A stretch of DNA of 24,000 nucleotides from Paeniglutamicibacter psychrophenolicus (GTDB lineage: Bacteria; Actinomycetota; Actinomycetes; Actinomycetales; Micrococcaceae). Both the position numbers and the translations under genes were made by a program. The stretch covers positions 3,118,443 through 3,142,442 of the forward strand of contig NZ_JAGIOE010000001.1 in the NCBI RefSeq assembly GCF_017876575.1, given 5' to 3'. The notes beneath the pieces were generated by a model. It was not told the origin of the DNA, searched no databases, and saw only the letters and a list, made by a program, of their open reading frames with translations. Position 1 is the stretch's first letter. The number at the start of each line of letters is the position of its first letter. Below are positions 7,707-15,633 of this stretch, one piece after another.

Positions 7707-8330
7707 CTACCGGTTCACCAGGGCATCAATCTCCACCGCTGTCAGCGGACGGGTGTCCCGGCCGCGAAGCAACAGCGCCAGCTGCGCGGACACTTCCAGT
7801 TCCTCGGCGGAATCCACCGCATTGACCAGGCTCTTCCCCGCGACAATGCTTCCGTGGTTGCCCAGGATGATGGCCTTGGCCTCCCGGGCGGCCTCAAAGA
7901 TGTCGCGCTCCATGCCGGGGTCCCCCGGCTTGTAGTAGGGAACCAGGGGAATGTCTTCGCCCAGGCGCATCACCAGGTACGGGGTGTGCGGCTTGATCAA
8001 GGGCCCGGTGCCCGGTGCCAGGCAGCTGAGCGCTGTCACATGCGTGGAGTGCAGGTGGACGATGGCCCCGGTATCTGGCCGTGCCTCGTACATGGCGCGG
8101 TGCATAACTACTTCCTTGGAGGGAGCGTCGCCCGAAATGTGGTTCCACCCGTGGTCCAGGAGCGACAAGCTCTCGGCGTCCAACCGCCCCAGCGATGAGT
8201 TCGTGGGTGTCATCAGGTAGCCATCGGCCACGCGGACACTGATGTTGCCGGCGCTGCCCACCGAGTATCCACGCTGGAAGAGGCTTGCCGCCAACTCCAC
8301 CATTTCTGCTCTAGTCTCGAGAAACTTCAC
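7707..8330 (-). CDS. otnC: Class II aldolase/adducin family protein, OtnC-like (3-oxo-tetronate 4-phosphate decarboxylase)
   Basis: The 207-aa product (GTG start) contains GSAGNISVRV ... IVHLHSTHVTALS ... LGNHGSIVAGKSL, the class II aldolase metal/His motifs. The functional call rests on operon context with the DUF1537 kinase and isomerase. Confidence 0.8.
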   Translation of the reverse strand: MKFLETRAEMVELAASLFQRGYSVGSAGNISVRVADGYLMTPTNSSLGRLDAESLSLLDHGWNHISGDAPSKEVVMHRAMYEARPDTGAIVHLHSTHVTALSCLAPGTGPLIKPHTPYLVMRLGEDIPLVPYYKPGDPGMERDIFEAAREAKAIILGNHGSIVAGKSLVNAVDSAEELEVSAQLALLLRGRDTRPLTAVEIDALVNR

Positions 8331-8375
8331 TTACTGCCCTTTGCTTTGGAATGTTGGTGGATGGGTGGGTACCCA

Positions 8376-9827
8376 TCAGAGGAAGATGTCGGCGACCAGG
8401 ATCGTGACCAGTGCCGTGGCCCAGGCCACCGTGGTCGGAATGGACCAGGTCAGGATCTGCCGTTTCACGTCGGTGACTCCAAGCATGCGGTTGACGACCC
8501 AGAATAGGCTGTCGTTGAAGTAGCTGAACACCATGGCGCCCAAGCAGGCAGCCTGTGCGGCCAGGACCATGTTGACGTCGGGGATCTGGGCCAGGATCGG
8601 CGCAGAGAGCGATGCCGAGGTGATGATGGCAACGGTTCCGCTGCCCTGCACCAGGCGGACCATGGTGGCGATCAGGAACGGGATCAGGATGCTCGGCAAC
8701 GGGAGGGTCGAGACCCACTGGCCGATGGCATCGCCGACACCGCTGTCGCGCAGCACCGCGCCGAGGGCTCCACCGCCACCGGTGACCAGCAGGATGATGC
8801 CGGCTGACTCAACACCCTTTTCCATCTCGGCAAGAACGGAGTTGCGGTCCATCTGGCGGGCCAGCCCGTAGATGGCCAGCAACACGCCGATACCCACGGC
8901 GATCACCGGGTTGCCGATGAATGAAGCGATCTGGACAACCATGTCCGGGATGGCTCCGTCGGTGGCCTTGGCAACGGCCGAGATGCCTGTGTTCAGGAAG
9001 ATCAGGACGATGGGCCCGAGAACCGGAAGCAGGGAAAGGAACAGGGACGGGAGTTCCTTCAGGCGTTCATCGGCAAGCTCGTTGAATTCCTTGAAGGCTT
9101 CCTTGGCGGTGGTCTTGTTGTCGGCGACGGGCAGGATGCTGTCCCCGCCTCCGGCCGCCACGGACACCGAAACCGGTGCCATGGCGTCGATCTTGGGGCC
9201 AACGAATCGGGCGTAGAGCGTGACTGTCACCAGGGCAGGCAGGGTCAGCAGCAACCCGTAGAGGATCATGTCGCCAATCGACACGCCGTAGATGCCTGCG
9301 GCACCCAGCGGGCCCGGGGTCGGAGGGACCGCGTGGTGGGTCAGCACCATGCCGCCGGCCATGGCGATGCCCAGCGTCAGCTTCGAGCGGCCGGTGCTGC
9401 TGGACAGCGCCTTGACCAGCGGGGTGAGGATCACGAATGCGCTGTCAACGAAGATCGGGATGGAGATGATGTAGCCCGCGACCGACAGCGCCCAGTCTTC
9501 GCGCTTGCTGCCAAGCCAGCGGATCATGGAGATGGCCAATTTCTCGGCCGCCCCGGAAACTTCCAGGATGCGGCCCATCATCACGCCGAAGCCGACGACC
9601 AGGCCAATGGTGGCAAGCGTCGAACCAAAGCCCTTGGTGATCGAGGCGACCGCCGCCTCTGGTGTCATGCCGGCGGCCAGCGCGGCAATGGACGCCGCGA
9701 TGATCAAGGCCAGCAGTGCATGCACCTTGGTCTTGAGCACAAGGAAGATAAGCACTGCGATGGCAACCACAAGCCCGACGATGGCCGCCGGGCTGGCAGT
9801 TGCGATAGTTTCAACCGCAAAATTCAT
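8376..9827 (-). CDS. GntP family permease (gluconate/acid-sugar:H+ symporter)
   Basis: The 483-aa polytopic membrane protein starts MNFAVETIATASPAAIVGLVVAIAVLIFLVLKTKVHALLALIIA and shows GntP-type repeats throughout. Confidence 0.9.
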   Translation of the reverse strand: MNFAVETIATASPAAIVGLVVAIAVLIFLVLKTKVHALLALIIAASIAALAAGMTPEAAVASITKGFGSTLATIGLVVGFGVMMGRILEVSGAAEKLAISMIRWLGSKREDWALSVAGYIISIPIFVDSAFVILTPLVKALSSSTGRSKLTLGIAMAGGMVLTHHAVPPTPGPLGAAGIYGVSIGDMILYGLLLTLPALVTVTLYARFVGPKIDAMAPVSVSVAAGGGDSILPVADNKTTAKEAFKEFNELADERLKELPSLFLSLLPVLGPIVLIFLNTGISAVAKATDGAIPDMVVQIASFIGNPVIAVGIGVLLAIYGLARQMDRNSVLAEMEKGVESAGIILLVTGGGGALGAVLRDSGVGDAIGQWVSTLPLPSILIPFLIATMVRLVQGSGTVAIITSASLSAPILAQIPDVNMVLAAQAACLGAMVFSYFNDSLFWVVNRMLGVTDVKRQILTWSIPTTVAWATALVTILVADIFL

Positions 9828-9854
9828 GGTGGTGTTCCTAGGATCTGGGGAAAG

Positions 9855-10817
9855 TTAGTTCGCGATGAAATCGTCGCGGTATTGCTGGACGACCTGGTCG
9901 AAGTCGGTGTCGGAGACGAAACCGAGGCTGCGCGTGCGTTCGACGTCGAAGGCACCGGGCCAGGAGCCGACGATCGCATCGATCTTCGCGTCGTATGTGA
10001 TCTCCACCAGGTCCCGCACCTGCTGGCCACCGACACGAGCCAGGCTCTCGAGCATTTCACCGGCGGTGACGCTTAGTCCCGGGACGTTGAGCACCCGCCA
10101 GCCTCCGAGTGTCTCTGCGCCAAGCTCAAAGGCATGGACCAGGTTGGCCACCGCGGCGTTGGGCGAGGAGAGCCACATCTTCGTTTCAACCGGCACCGGG
10201 CACACCGATCCGGTGCCGTTCATCGGTTCGCGGATGATCGAGCTGGCAAAGGACGATGCCGCGGAGTTCGGCTTGCCGGGGCGCACGGAAATGGTCGGCA
10301 GGCGGCAGATGCGCCCGTCGATGTAGCCCTTGCGGGTGTACTCGTTGACCAGCAGTTCGCCGATGGACTTGACCATGCCGTAGGTCGATTCCGGCTGAGT
10401 GGCCAGGTTCTCCGGGACAACCGGCGGCATTTCCCCGCCGAAGACGGCCAGGGAGCTGGTGAACACGAAGCGCGGGGCTGCCTTGGTGTTCCGGGCCGCC
10501 TCAAGCAGTGCCCGTGTTCCGTCGACGTTGACGTTCATGGCCAGGTCGAAATCTTCCTCGGAGCCGCCGCTGAGCACGGCTGCGAGGTGGAAGATGCCCA
10601 CGGTGTCCTCTGTGACCAGACCGTGGAGCAGTTCGATGTCGCCGATGCTTCCCTTGACCGAGGTGACGCGCGAATCATCGACCGGGCATGCTGCCAGGTC
10701 CAGGGATACGATCTGGTCGAATTCCACGGCGCCGGTGCCCGCATCCTTGCGCTCAAGGAGCAGCTGGATGACGCGGCTGCCGAGGAATCCGCCTCCGCCG
10801 GTAACTATGATTTTCAT
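9855..10817 (-). CDS. denD: NAD-dependent epimerase/dehydratase-family (extended SDR) dehydrogenase, DenD-like (D-erythronate dehydrogenase)
   Basis: The 320-aa product has MKIIVTGGGGFLGSRV (a TGxxGxxG Rossmann motif) and the YxxxK catalytic pair in STYGMVKSIGE. The functional call comes from operon context. Confidence 0.75.
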   Translation of the reverse strand: MKIIVTGGGGFLGSRVIQLLLERKDAGTGAVEFDQIVSLDLAACPVDDSRVTSVKGSIGDIELLHGLVTEDTVGIFHLAAVLSGGSEEDFDLAMNVNVDGTRALLEAARNTKAAPRFVFTSSLAVFGGEMPPVVPENLATQPESTYGMVKSIGELLVNEYTRKGYIDGRICRLPTISVRPGKPNSAASSFASSIIREPMNGTGSVCPVPVETKMWLSSPNAAVANLVHAFELGAETLGGWRVLNVPGLSVTAGEMLESLARVGGQQVRDLVEITYDAKIDAIVGSWPGAFDVERTRSLGFVSDTDFDQVVQQYRDDFIAN

Positions 10818-10831
10818 CTTTGAAACTTTCT

Positions 10832-11644
10832 TTAGTTGGGGAATTCGAGCTGTGGTTCGACCAGGGTGAGGGGAATGCCCAGTTCCCTGATCTTCTCGAC
10901 CGCCGAATCGGCAAGTCCGGAATCGGTGATGATTCCGTCGATGTCGGTGAGCTTGACTGCCTGCAGGCTGGCCACCCGGCCGTACTTGCTGCTGTCGCTC
11001 ACCAAGATGGTGCGTGCGGCGGTCTCCTTGATGGCCCGTTTGACCGCCAGCTTGGCATCGGCGGGCACGGAGGTTCCGCGCAGATCAAAGGATGAGGTGG
11101 ACATGAACGCCACATCGACATTGAACTGGGCAATCATGCGGGCGGTCAGCGAACCGTCCGACGAGAGGTTGGCACGGTCCAGGGCACCGCCGGCGAAGTA
11201 GAGTTCGTTGCTCGAGCGTTCGGAGAGGCTCAAGGCAATCGACAGGTCGTTGGTCACGAAGACCATGTTCGGCATCGGGGCCAGGCATTGGGCGATGGCC
11301 AGCGTGGTGGTGCCGGCGTCGAGGAACACCACATTGCCGGGCTGGACCTGCTCGGCGGCAGCCTGTGCGATGGCGAGTTTCTGCGCTTGCTGCAGGCCTT
11401 CCTTGACCGTATGCGACTGGTCCAGGGCCAGTCGCTCGGGCCGGCTCACTCCCCCGGGGACAGAGACGACGCGGCCGAGCTCCTCGAGCCGGTGGATGTC
11501 GCGGCGCACGGTCATGTGGGACACGCCCAGGGCCTCGACAAGGCTGGTGATGCTGACGCTTCCCTGTTCTTGAAGCATCTGGAGGATGGCGCGCTGGCGC
11601 TCAAGGGGAATCACTTGGCGTCGTTTCGGTACGCCGCGAGCCAT
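10832..11644 (-). CDS. DeoR family transcriptional regulator
   Basis: It has an N-terminal wHTH, RQRAILQMLQEQGSVSITSLVEALGVSHMTVRRDIHRLEE, and a DeoR C-terminal sugar-phosphate sensor domain (VFLDAGTTTLAIA ... ILVSDSSKYG). The ATG at 11644 overlaps the upstream gene by 34 nt. An alternative GTG at 11614 forms a GTGA start/stop overlap with it. Confidence 0.9.
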   Translation of the reverse strand: MARGVPKRRQVIPLERQRAILQMLQEQGSVSITSLVEALGVSHMTVRRDIHRLEELGRVVSVPGGVSRPERLALDQSHTVKEGLQQAQKLAIAQAAAEQVQPGNVVFLDAGTTTLAIAQCLAPMPNMVFVTNDLSIALSLSERSSNELYFAGGALDRANLSSDGSLTARMIAQFNVDVAFMSTSSFDLRGTSVPADAKLAVKRAIKETAARTILVSDSSKYGRVASLQAVKLTDIDGIITDSGLADSAVEKIRELGIPLTLVEPQLEFPN

Positions 11645-12390
11645 CCCAGGCCCGCGGTGGTTTCCCCTGCCGGCCGGTATTCACACCCCACCCATCCGCG
11701 ATATCCCGCAGCAACCAATTCGGCCAGCACGTACGGGTAGTTCAGCTCCCCGGTGTCCGGCTCGTTGCGCTCGGGCACCGAGGCGATCTGGATGTGGCCG
11801 ATGGAATCGATGGAATCGCGCATCAGCATGGTGACATCGCCCTCGGTGATTTGGGCGTGGTAGTAGTCGAACTGCAAGCGGGCGTTCGGCCGGTCGATCC
11901 GCTCAAGCAGGTCGATTGCCTGGGCTACGCTGCCCAGGAAATATCCGGGCATGTCACGGGCGTTGATCGGCTCGACCAGCACCTCGATGTCAAGCGCGGC
12001 CGCCAGGTCGGCCGCATACCGCACGTTCTCGACATACAGGGCCTCGGTCTTGCCGGTGACATCGCTGATGCCTGCCATGATGTGGATCTTGGGACATTCG
12101 AGGGCCCGGGCATAGTCCAGGGCCTGGGTGATCGAATCCCGAAAGTCCTGTCGGCGTCCTTCCAGCGTGGCCAGCCCGCGCTCGCCGCCGTCCCAGTCCC
12201 CTGCGTGGGCATTGAAAAGGGCTTGTTCGAGAGAGTGGGCCTTTAGCTTGTCAGCGATCAGGGACTTCTCGAAGTCGTAGGGGAAGAGGTACTCGACGGC
12301 GTTGAAGCCCGCGGTCGCCGCTGCCTCGAAACGCTCGAGGAACGGCAATTCGGTAAACATCATGGACAGGTTCGCGGCAAATTTCGGCAT
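11611..12390 (-). CDS. otnI: Hydroxypyruvate isomerase family TIM-barrel protein, OtnI-like (2-oxo-tetronate isomerase)
   Basis: The 259-aa product reads MPKFAANLSMMFTELPFLERFEAAATAGFNAVEYLFPYDF ... IGHIQIASVPERNEPDTGELNY, which is the Hyi family pattern. Confidence 0.8.
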   Translation of the reverse strand: MPKFAANLSMMFTELPFLERFEAAATAGFNAVEYLFPYDFEKSLIADKLKAHSLEQALFNAHAGDWDGGERGLATLEGRRQDFRDSITQALDYARALECPKIHIMAGISDVTGKTEALYVENVRYAADLAAALDIEVLVEPINARDMPGYFLGSVAQAIDLLERIDRPNARLQFDYYHAQITEGDVTMLMRDSIDSIGHIQIASVPERNEPDTGELNYPYVLAELVAAGYRGWVGCEYRPAGETTAGLGWLAAYRNDAK

Positions 12391-12407
12391 GATCGGCTTT
12401 CCTGGTC

Positions 12408-13655
12408 TTATTGGGCTTGGCTGAAGAAATCGACGGTCCCGAAGTTTCCGGATTTCAAGGCCAGATCGACCCGTCCATCAAGTGTCCGGACCCAGGGAAC
12501 GCCCGGGGCGATCGGTTCTCCCACCTCGAATCCGGCGATTCCCAATGCGGTGGTGACCGAACCGGAGGTTTCGCCGCCGGCCACCACCATGCGCTGGATT
12601 CCGTCCTGCACCAGCCGGATGGCGATGCGCGCGAAGAATCCCTCGATGGCCTGGCTTGATTCGGCCGAACCGTAGGTCCGCTGGAGGCGCTGCACTTCTT
12701 CGGGGCCGGCAGTGGCGAAGATCAACGGAGCACGGCCGGTGGAGGGCTGTTCACTGAACCATGCCAGCACTTCCGCGTCGTAGCCCGTCGGCGAGGTCAG
12801 CAACCGGTCGACATCCACGGCGAGACAGGGGCCCTTGGTCATGTAGTCGGCGACCTGGTCGTTGGTCATGACCGAGCAGGAACCCGACAGGATCACGGCC
12901 GACCCGGTCTTTGGAGTGAAGGACGAGCGTTCACCCCTGGCTGTTTCCGGAAGCGCCCGGGCGATGGCTCCACCAAGTCCCGAGCCGCCGGTGACCAGGC
13001 GCATCTGGGCAACGGCCTCGCCCAGTACATCCAGATGCCGGTCGTTGAGGGCATCGAGCACCGCATAGCGGTTTCCCGCGGCCTTCAGTTCGGCCAGTGC
13101 CTCACCGACTGCTTCGCGACCACGTTCAATGGTGTCCACGGGGACCAGCCCGGTGGTTCCCGTGGACTGGCCGTCCATGAGGCGGACCAGGCTCGAGTCG
13201 GTCATCGGGGTGACCGGGTGGTCGCGCATTCCCGATTCGTGGAGTGGCACACCGTTGACGAAGAGGTACCCCTGGTAGGTGGTGCGCCCGTTGACCGGCA
13301 GCGCCGGGCAGACGACGGTGAAATTCTCGTCCAAGGCGTCCAGGAGTGCATCGGTGACCGGACCGATGTTCCCCCGGGAAGTGCTGTCGAACGTCGAGCA
13401 ATATTTGAAGAAGATCTGCCGGGCTCCGGCGGTCTTGAGCAGTTCGAGGGCCTGCAGCGACTGTTCAATGGCTTCATCCACCGGATTCGAACGGCTCTTG
13501 AGGCTGACCACGATCGCCTGCACGTCATCTGCAATGGAGTCGAGCGATTGGATGCCCGATAGCTGGATGGTCTTCACCCCGTTGGCCACGAGAAAACTCG
13601 CGATGTCGGTCCCACCAGTAAAGTCATCGGCGATTACACCAAGCCGAACACCCAT
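12408..13655 (-). CDS. otnK: Four-carbon acid-sugar kinase (DUF1537 family), OtnK-like (3-oxo-tetronate kinase)
   Basis: MGVRLGVIADDFTGGTDIASFL is the hallmark DUF1537 N-terminus. The ATG at 13655 has ACGGGGAG 5-6 nt upstream. The track ORF begins two codons earlier, at GTG 13661. Confidence 0.85.
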   Translation of the reverse strand: MGVRLGVIADDFTGGTDIASFLVANGVKTIQLSGIQSLDSIADDVQAIVVSLKSRSNPVDEAIEQSLQALELLKTAGARQIFFKYCSTFDSTSRGNIGPVTDALLDALDENFTVVCPALPVNGRTTYQGYLFVNGVPLHESGMRDHPVTPMTDSSLVRLMDGQSTGTTGLVPVDTIERGREAVGEALAELKAAGNRYAVLDALNDRHLDVLGEAVAQMRLVTGGSGLGGAIARALPETARGERSSFTPKTGSAVILSGSCSVMTNDQVADYMTKGPCLAVDVDRLLTSPTGYDAEVLAWFSEQPSTGRAPLIFATAGPEEVQRLQRTYGSAESSQAIEGFFARIAIRLVQDGIQRMVVAGGETSGSVTTALGIAGFEVGEPIAPGVPWVRTLDGRVDLALKSGNFGTVDFFSQAQ

Positions 13656-13689
13656 GTTCACTCCCCGTCTGCCGCGGCGCCATCACCGC

Positions 13690-13727
13690 TGTTTACAATG
13701 TTTCACAAAAGTTACCATATTCACACA
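13690..13727 (-). promoter_or_regulatory. AT-rich promoter region with three direct TGTGAA/TGTAAA hexamers; candidate DeoR operator
   Basis: The minus strand reads TGTGAAtatggtaactttTGTGAAacatTGTAAA (plus-strand TTCACA at 13720-13725 and 13702-13707, TTTACA at 13692-13697). It lies 35-70 nt upstream of the otnK-like start. It is the only AT-rich patch for about 6 kb. Confidence 0.4.
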
Positions 13728-14018
13728 GTCGGGGGCAATGGCGCGCTTGACAAGCGGGATTGGGATTTGGCGTAAACCTCCCGCTATTCGGGGCTTAACA
13801 ACTCCTGACACCGGCCCGAGCCAGCCAATGAGACAAGTGAAGTTCACAAATATTCCCACCATTCCCAACCACGTCACATGCCCAAGTAACGCGCACCGCT
13901 GTGGGCATTCGCCTTGCATATGCCCCCGGGTCCGGGGGCGACGACCTCCGATGGGAGACCGTGCACGGAGCACGGCCTGGCCGTCGCGCCGCGAACCACA
14001 CCTCAGGCAGATTCCACA

Positions 14019-14050
14019 TCGAAAGAACTCTTGCGAAAGAGTTCTTTCGA
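14019..14050. promoter_or_regulatory. Perfect 14-bp inverted repeat with 4-nt spacer (TCGAAAGAACTCTT gcga AAGAGTTCTTTCGA); candidate operator of the adjacent winged-helix regulator
   Basis: Read directly: arms at 14019-14032 and 14037-14050 with no mismatch. It ends 17 nt upstream of the regulator ATG at 14067. Confidence 0.5.
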
Positions 14051-14066
14051 TAGTTACGTGTCGCGC

Positions 14067-14633
14067 ATGGACATCACCGATCCCAAGGCCATGCGGGCGC
14101 TGGCCCACCCCTGCGCATCCGGCTCCTGGGGATTGTCGGCACCCAGGGCCCGATCACCGCGGCCCGCTGCAGCGAGTATGCCGGCGAAGCCCGGACAACT
14201 GCTCGTTCCACCTGCGCACCCTGGCCGAGCACGGCTGCATCGTGCGCGCACCCGGAGCAACCGGTCGCAACCGGCCCTGGCAGATCACCGACGTCACCCA
14301 GAACCTGGACCGGAACAAGGTGGCCCCGATTCCCTGTCGGCGGCCCTGGCCCTTGGCCACATGCTCCAGAACTGGGAATTCGAACGCATGCGTGCCGGAC
14401 GGCACCTTCCGGTTCCCGAAACCTGGAAGGGGCACCTGTTCGAGGCCGTTGCCACGCTGTTCCCGACCCCCAAGGAAGCCGACACCCTCAACGAACGGTA
14501 CAACGAACTCATTGCCCCGTTCCTGGATCGCATCGCCGACCCGACCCGGCGCCCCGTTGGCTCCGCCCCCGTGCGCGTCTTCATGGCCACCGCCCTGGCC
14601 CACGATCTCATCCGCAGGGGCGAGGAGTCGTGA
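14067..14633 (+). pseudogene. Winged-helix (ArsR-like) transcriptional regulator, disrupted by three single-base frameshifts
   Basis: Protein-like sequence hops between frames. MDITDPKAMRALAHP is in frame 0. LRIRLLGIVGTQGPITAARCSEYAGE follows from 14111. SPDNCSFHLRTLAEHGCIVRAPGATGRNRPWQITDVTQNLDRNKV follows from 14188. The sequence then returns to frame 0 near 14322-14328 for DSLSAALALGHMLQNWEFERMRA...PVRVFMATALAHDLIRRGEES. The uninterrupted frame-0 ORF gives Arg/Pro junk across the HTH. Confidence 0.7.
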
Positions 14634-14931
14634 AAGCGCTGCTGTCCATCCCGGTCTTCCGCAGGTTCACCGGCATCTGGACCGCCGTAAACCTCGCCGA
14701 CAGCGCCTTGTTCCTGACCCTGTTCATCCGGGCCAAGGACATCTCGGTTCCTCGAGCGCGGCGGGCGCACTGCTGGTCGCGGTGGTGGACTACCGGCGGC
14801 TGACGCTCGTGGCCGGCGTGGTGGTCGCCGTCTGTGCGCTGGCCATGCTGCGGCGCGGGCACACAGCCGTGGCCGGGGCGCAGGACACCACCGCAGCGGC
14901 AGGAGCCGAAAAACAGCAACACCCCCGGTGA
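14630..14931 (+). pseudogene. MFS transporter remnant (N-terminal ~40 codons joined to C-terminal ~50 codons; frameshifted, large internal deletion)
   Basis: A GTG at 14630 overlaps the regulator stop (GTGA) and opens VKALLSIPVFRRFTGIWTAVNLADSALFLTLFIRAKDIS. It then needs a -1 shift near 14744 into GSSSAAGALLVAVVDYRRLTLVAGVVVAVCALAMLRRG...*, which ends at 14931. The total of about 100 codons compares with roughly 400 expected for this transporter type. Confidence 0.6.
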
Positions 14932-14942
14932 ATCCGTGTCCG

Positions 14943-15512
14943 CTACCCGGTGACGGTGCGAACCACCCGTGCGGGGGAACCCACCACGACGGCTCCGGCC
15001 GGCACGTCCCTGGTGACGACGGAGGCGGCAGCCACCACGGCGTCGTCCCCGATGCTCACCCCGGGCAGGATGGTGGCATTGGAGCCGATCCACACGTTGC
15101 GCCCGATCACCACGGGGGCCGGATGCATGTCGGCGCGGCGGCTCGGGGCAAGGTCGTGGTTCAGCGTGGCGATCACCACGTTGTGCCCGATGAGCGTGTC
15201 ATCCCCGATGGTCACCCCGCCCTGGTCCTGGAACTTGCACCCGGCGTTGATGAAGATCCGCTTCCCCAGGGTGATGTTCCTGCCGAAGTCGGCGTTGAAG
15301 GGCGGGAAGAGCGTCACGGATTCGTCGACCGGTTTCCCGGTCAGCTGCGCGAGCAGCTCCCGGACCCGCGCCGGCTCGTGGTATCCGCCGTTGAGTTCGC
15401 CGGTGATGCGCAACGCCTCCTGGCTCACCCGGTGCATGATGCCGTGCAGCGGCGAGTCCCCCGTGATGGTGCGCCCGGCATTCAGCTGGGCAATCAGGTC
15501 GTTGAGTTCCAT
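14943..15512 (-). CDS. Sugar O-acetyltransferase, Maa-like (hexapeptide-repeat family), second copy
   Basis: The 189-aa product contains FPPFNADFGRNITLGKRIFINAGCKFQDQGGVTIGDDTLIGHNV ... VVIGRNVWIGSNATILPGVSIGDDAVVAAASVVTRDVP. Confidence 0.9.
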   Translation of the reverse strand: MELNDLIAQLNAGRTITGDSPLHGIMHRVSQEALRITGELNGGYHEPARVRELLAQLTGKPVDESVTLFPPFNADFGRNITLGKRIFINAGCKFQDQGGVTIGDDTLIGHNVVIATLNHDLAPSRRADMHPAPVVIGRNVWIGSNATILPGVSIGDDAVVAAASVVTRDVPAGAVVVGSPARVVRTVTG

Positions 15513-15633
15513 GGTGTCCTTTCACCCGGGTGACCGTTCAGGAGGCCCGCACCGGTTCATGCCTTCGATTCCGACAAATTGCGGGGGCGCGCTGCTCCCG
15601 GACCGAACAGCATGCATTGCCCGATCCGCGCCC

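Noticed and set aside
13694-13703. A shared 10-mer, TACAATGTTT, between the acid-sugar operon promoter (13694-13703) and the TA operator (22272-22281).
   Set aside because: Both are AT-rich promoter regions containing -10-like TACAAT. The surrounding symmetry differs (direct repeats versus a palindrome), so this is most likely coincidence rather than a common regulator.
13914-14066. The N-terminal extension of the regulator ORF (MHMPPGPGATTSDGRP...) starting at 13914.
   Set aside because: The composition is junk-like, and the extension would run through the 32-bp palindrome. The family-typical N-terminus MDITDPKAMRALAHP begins at 14067.
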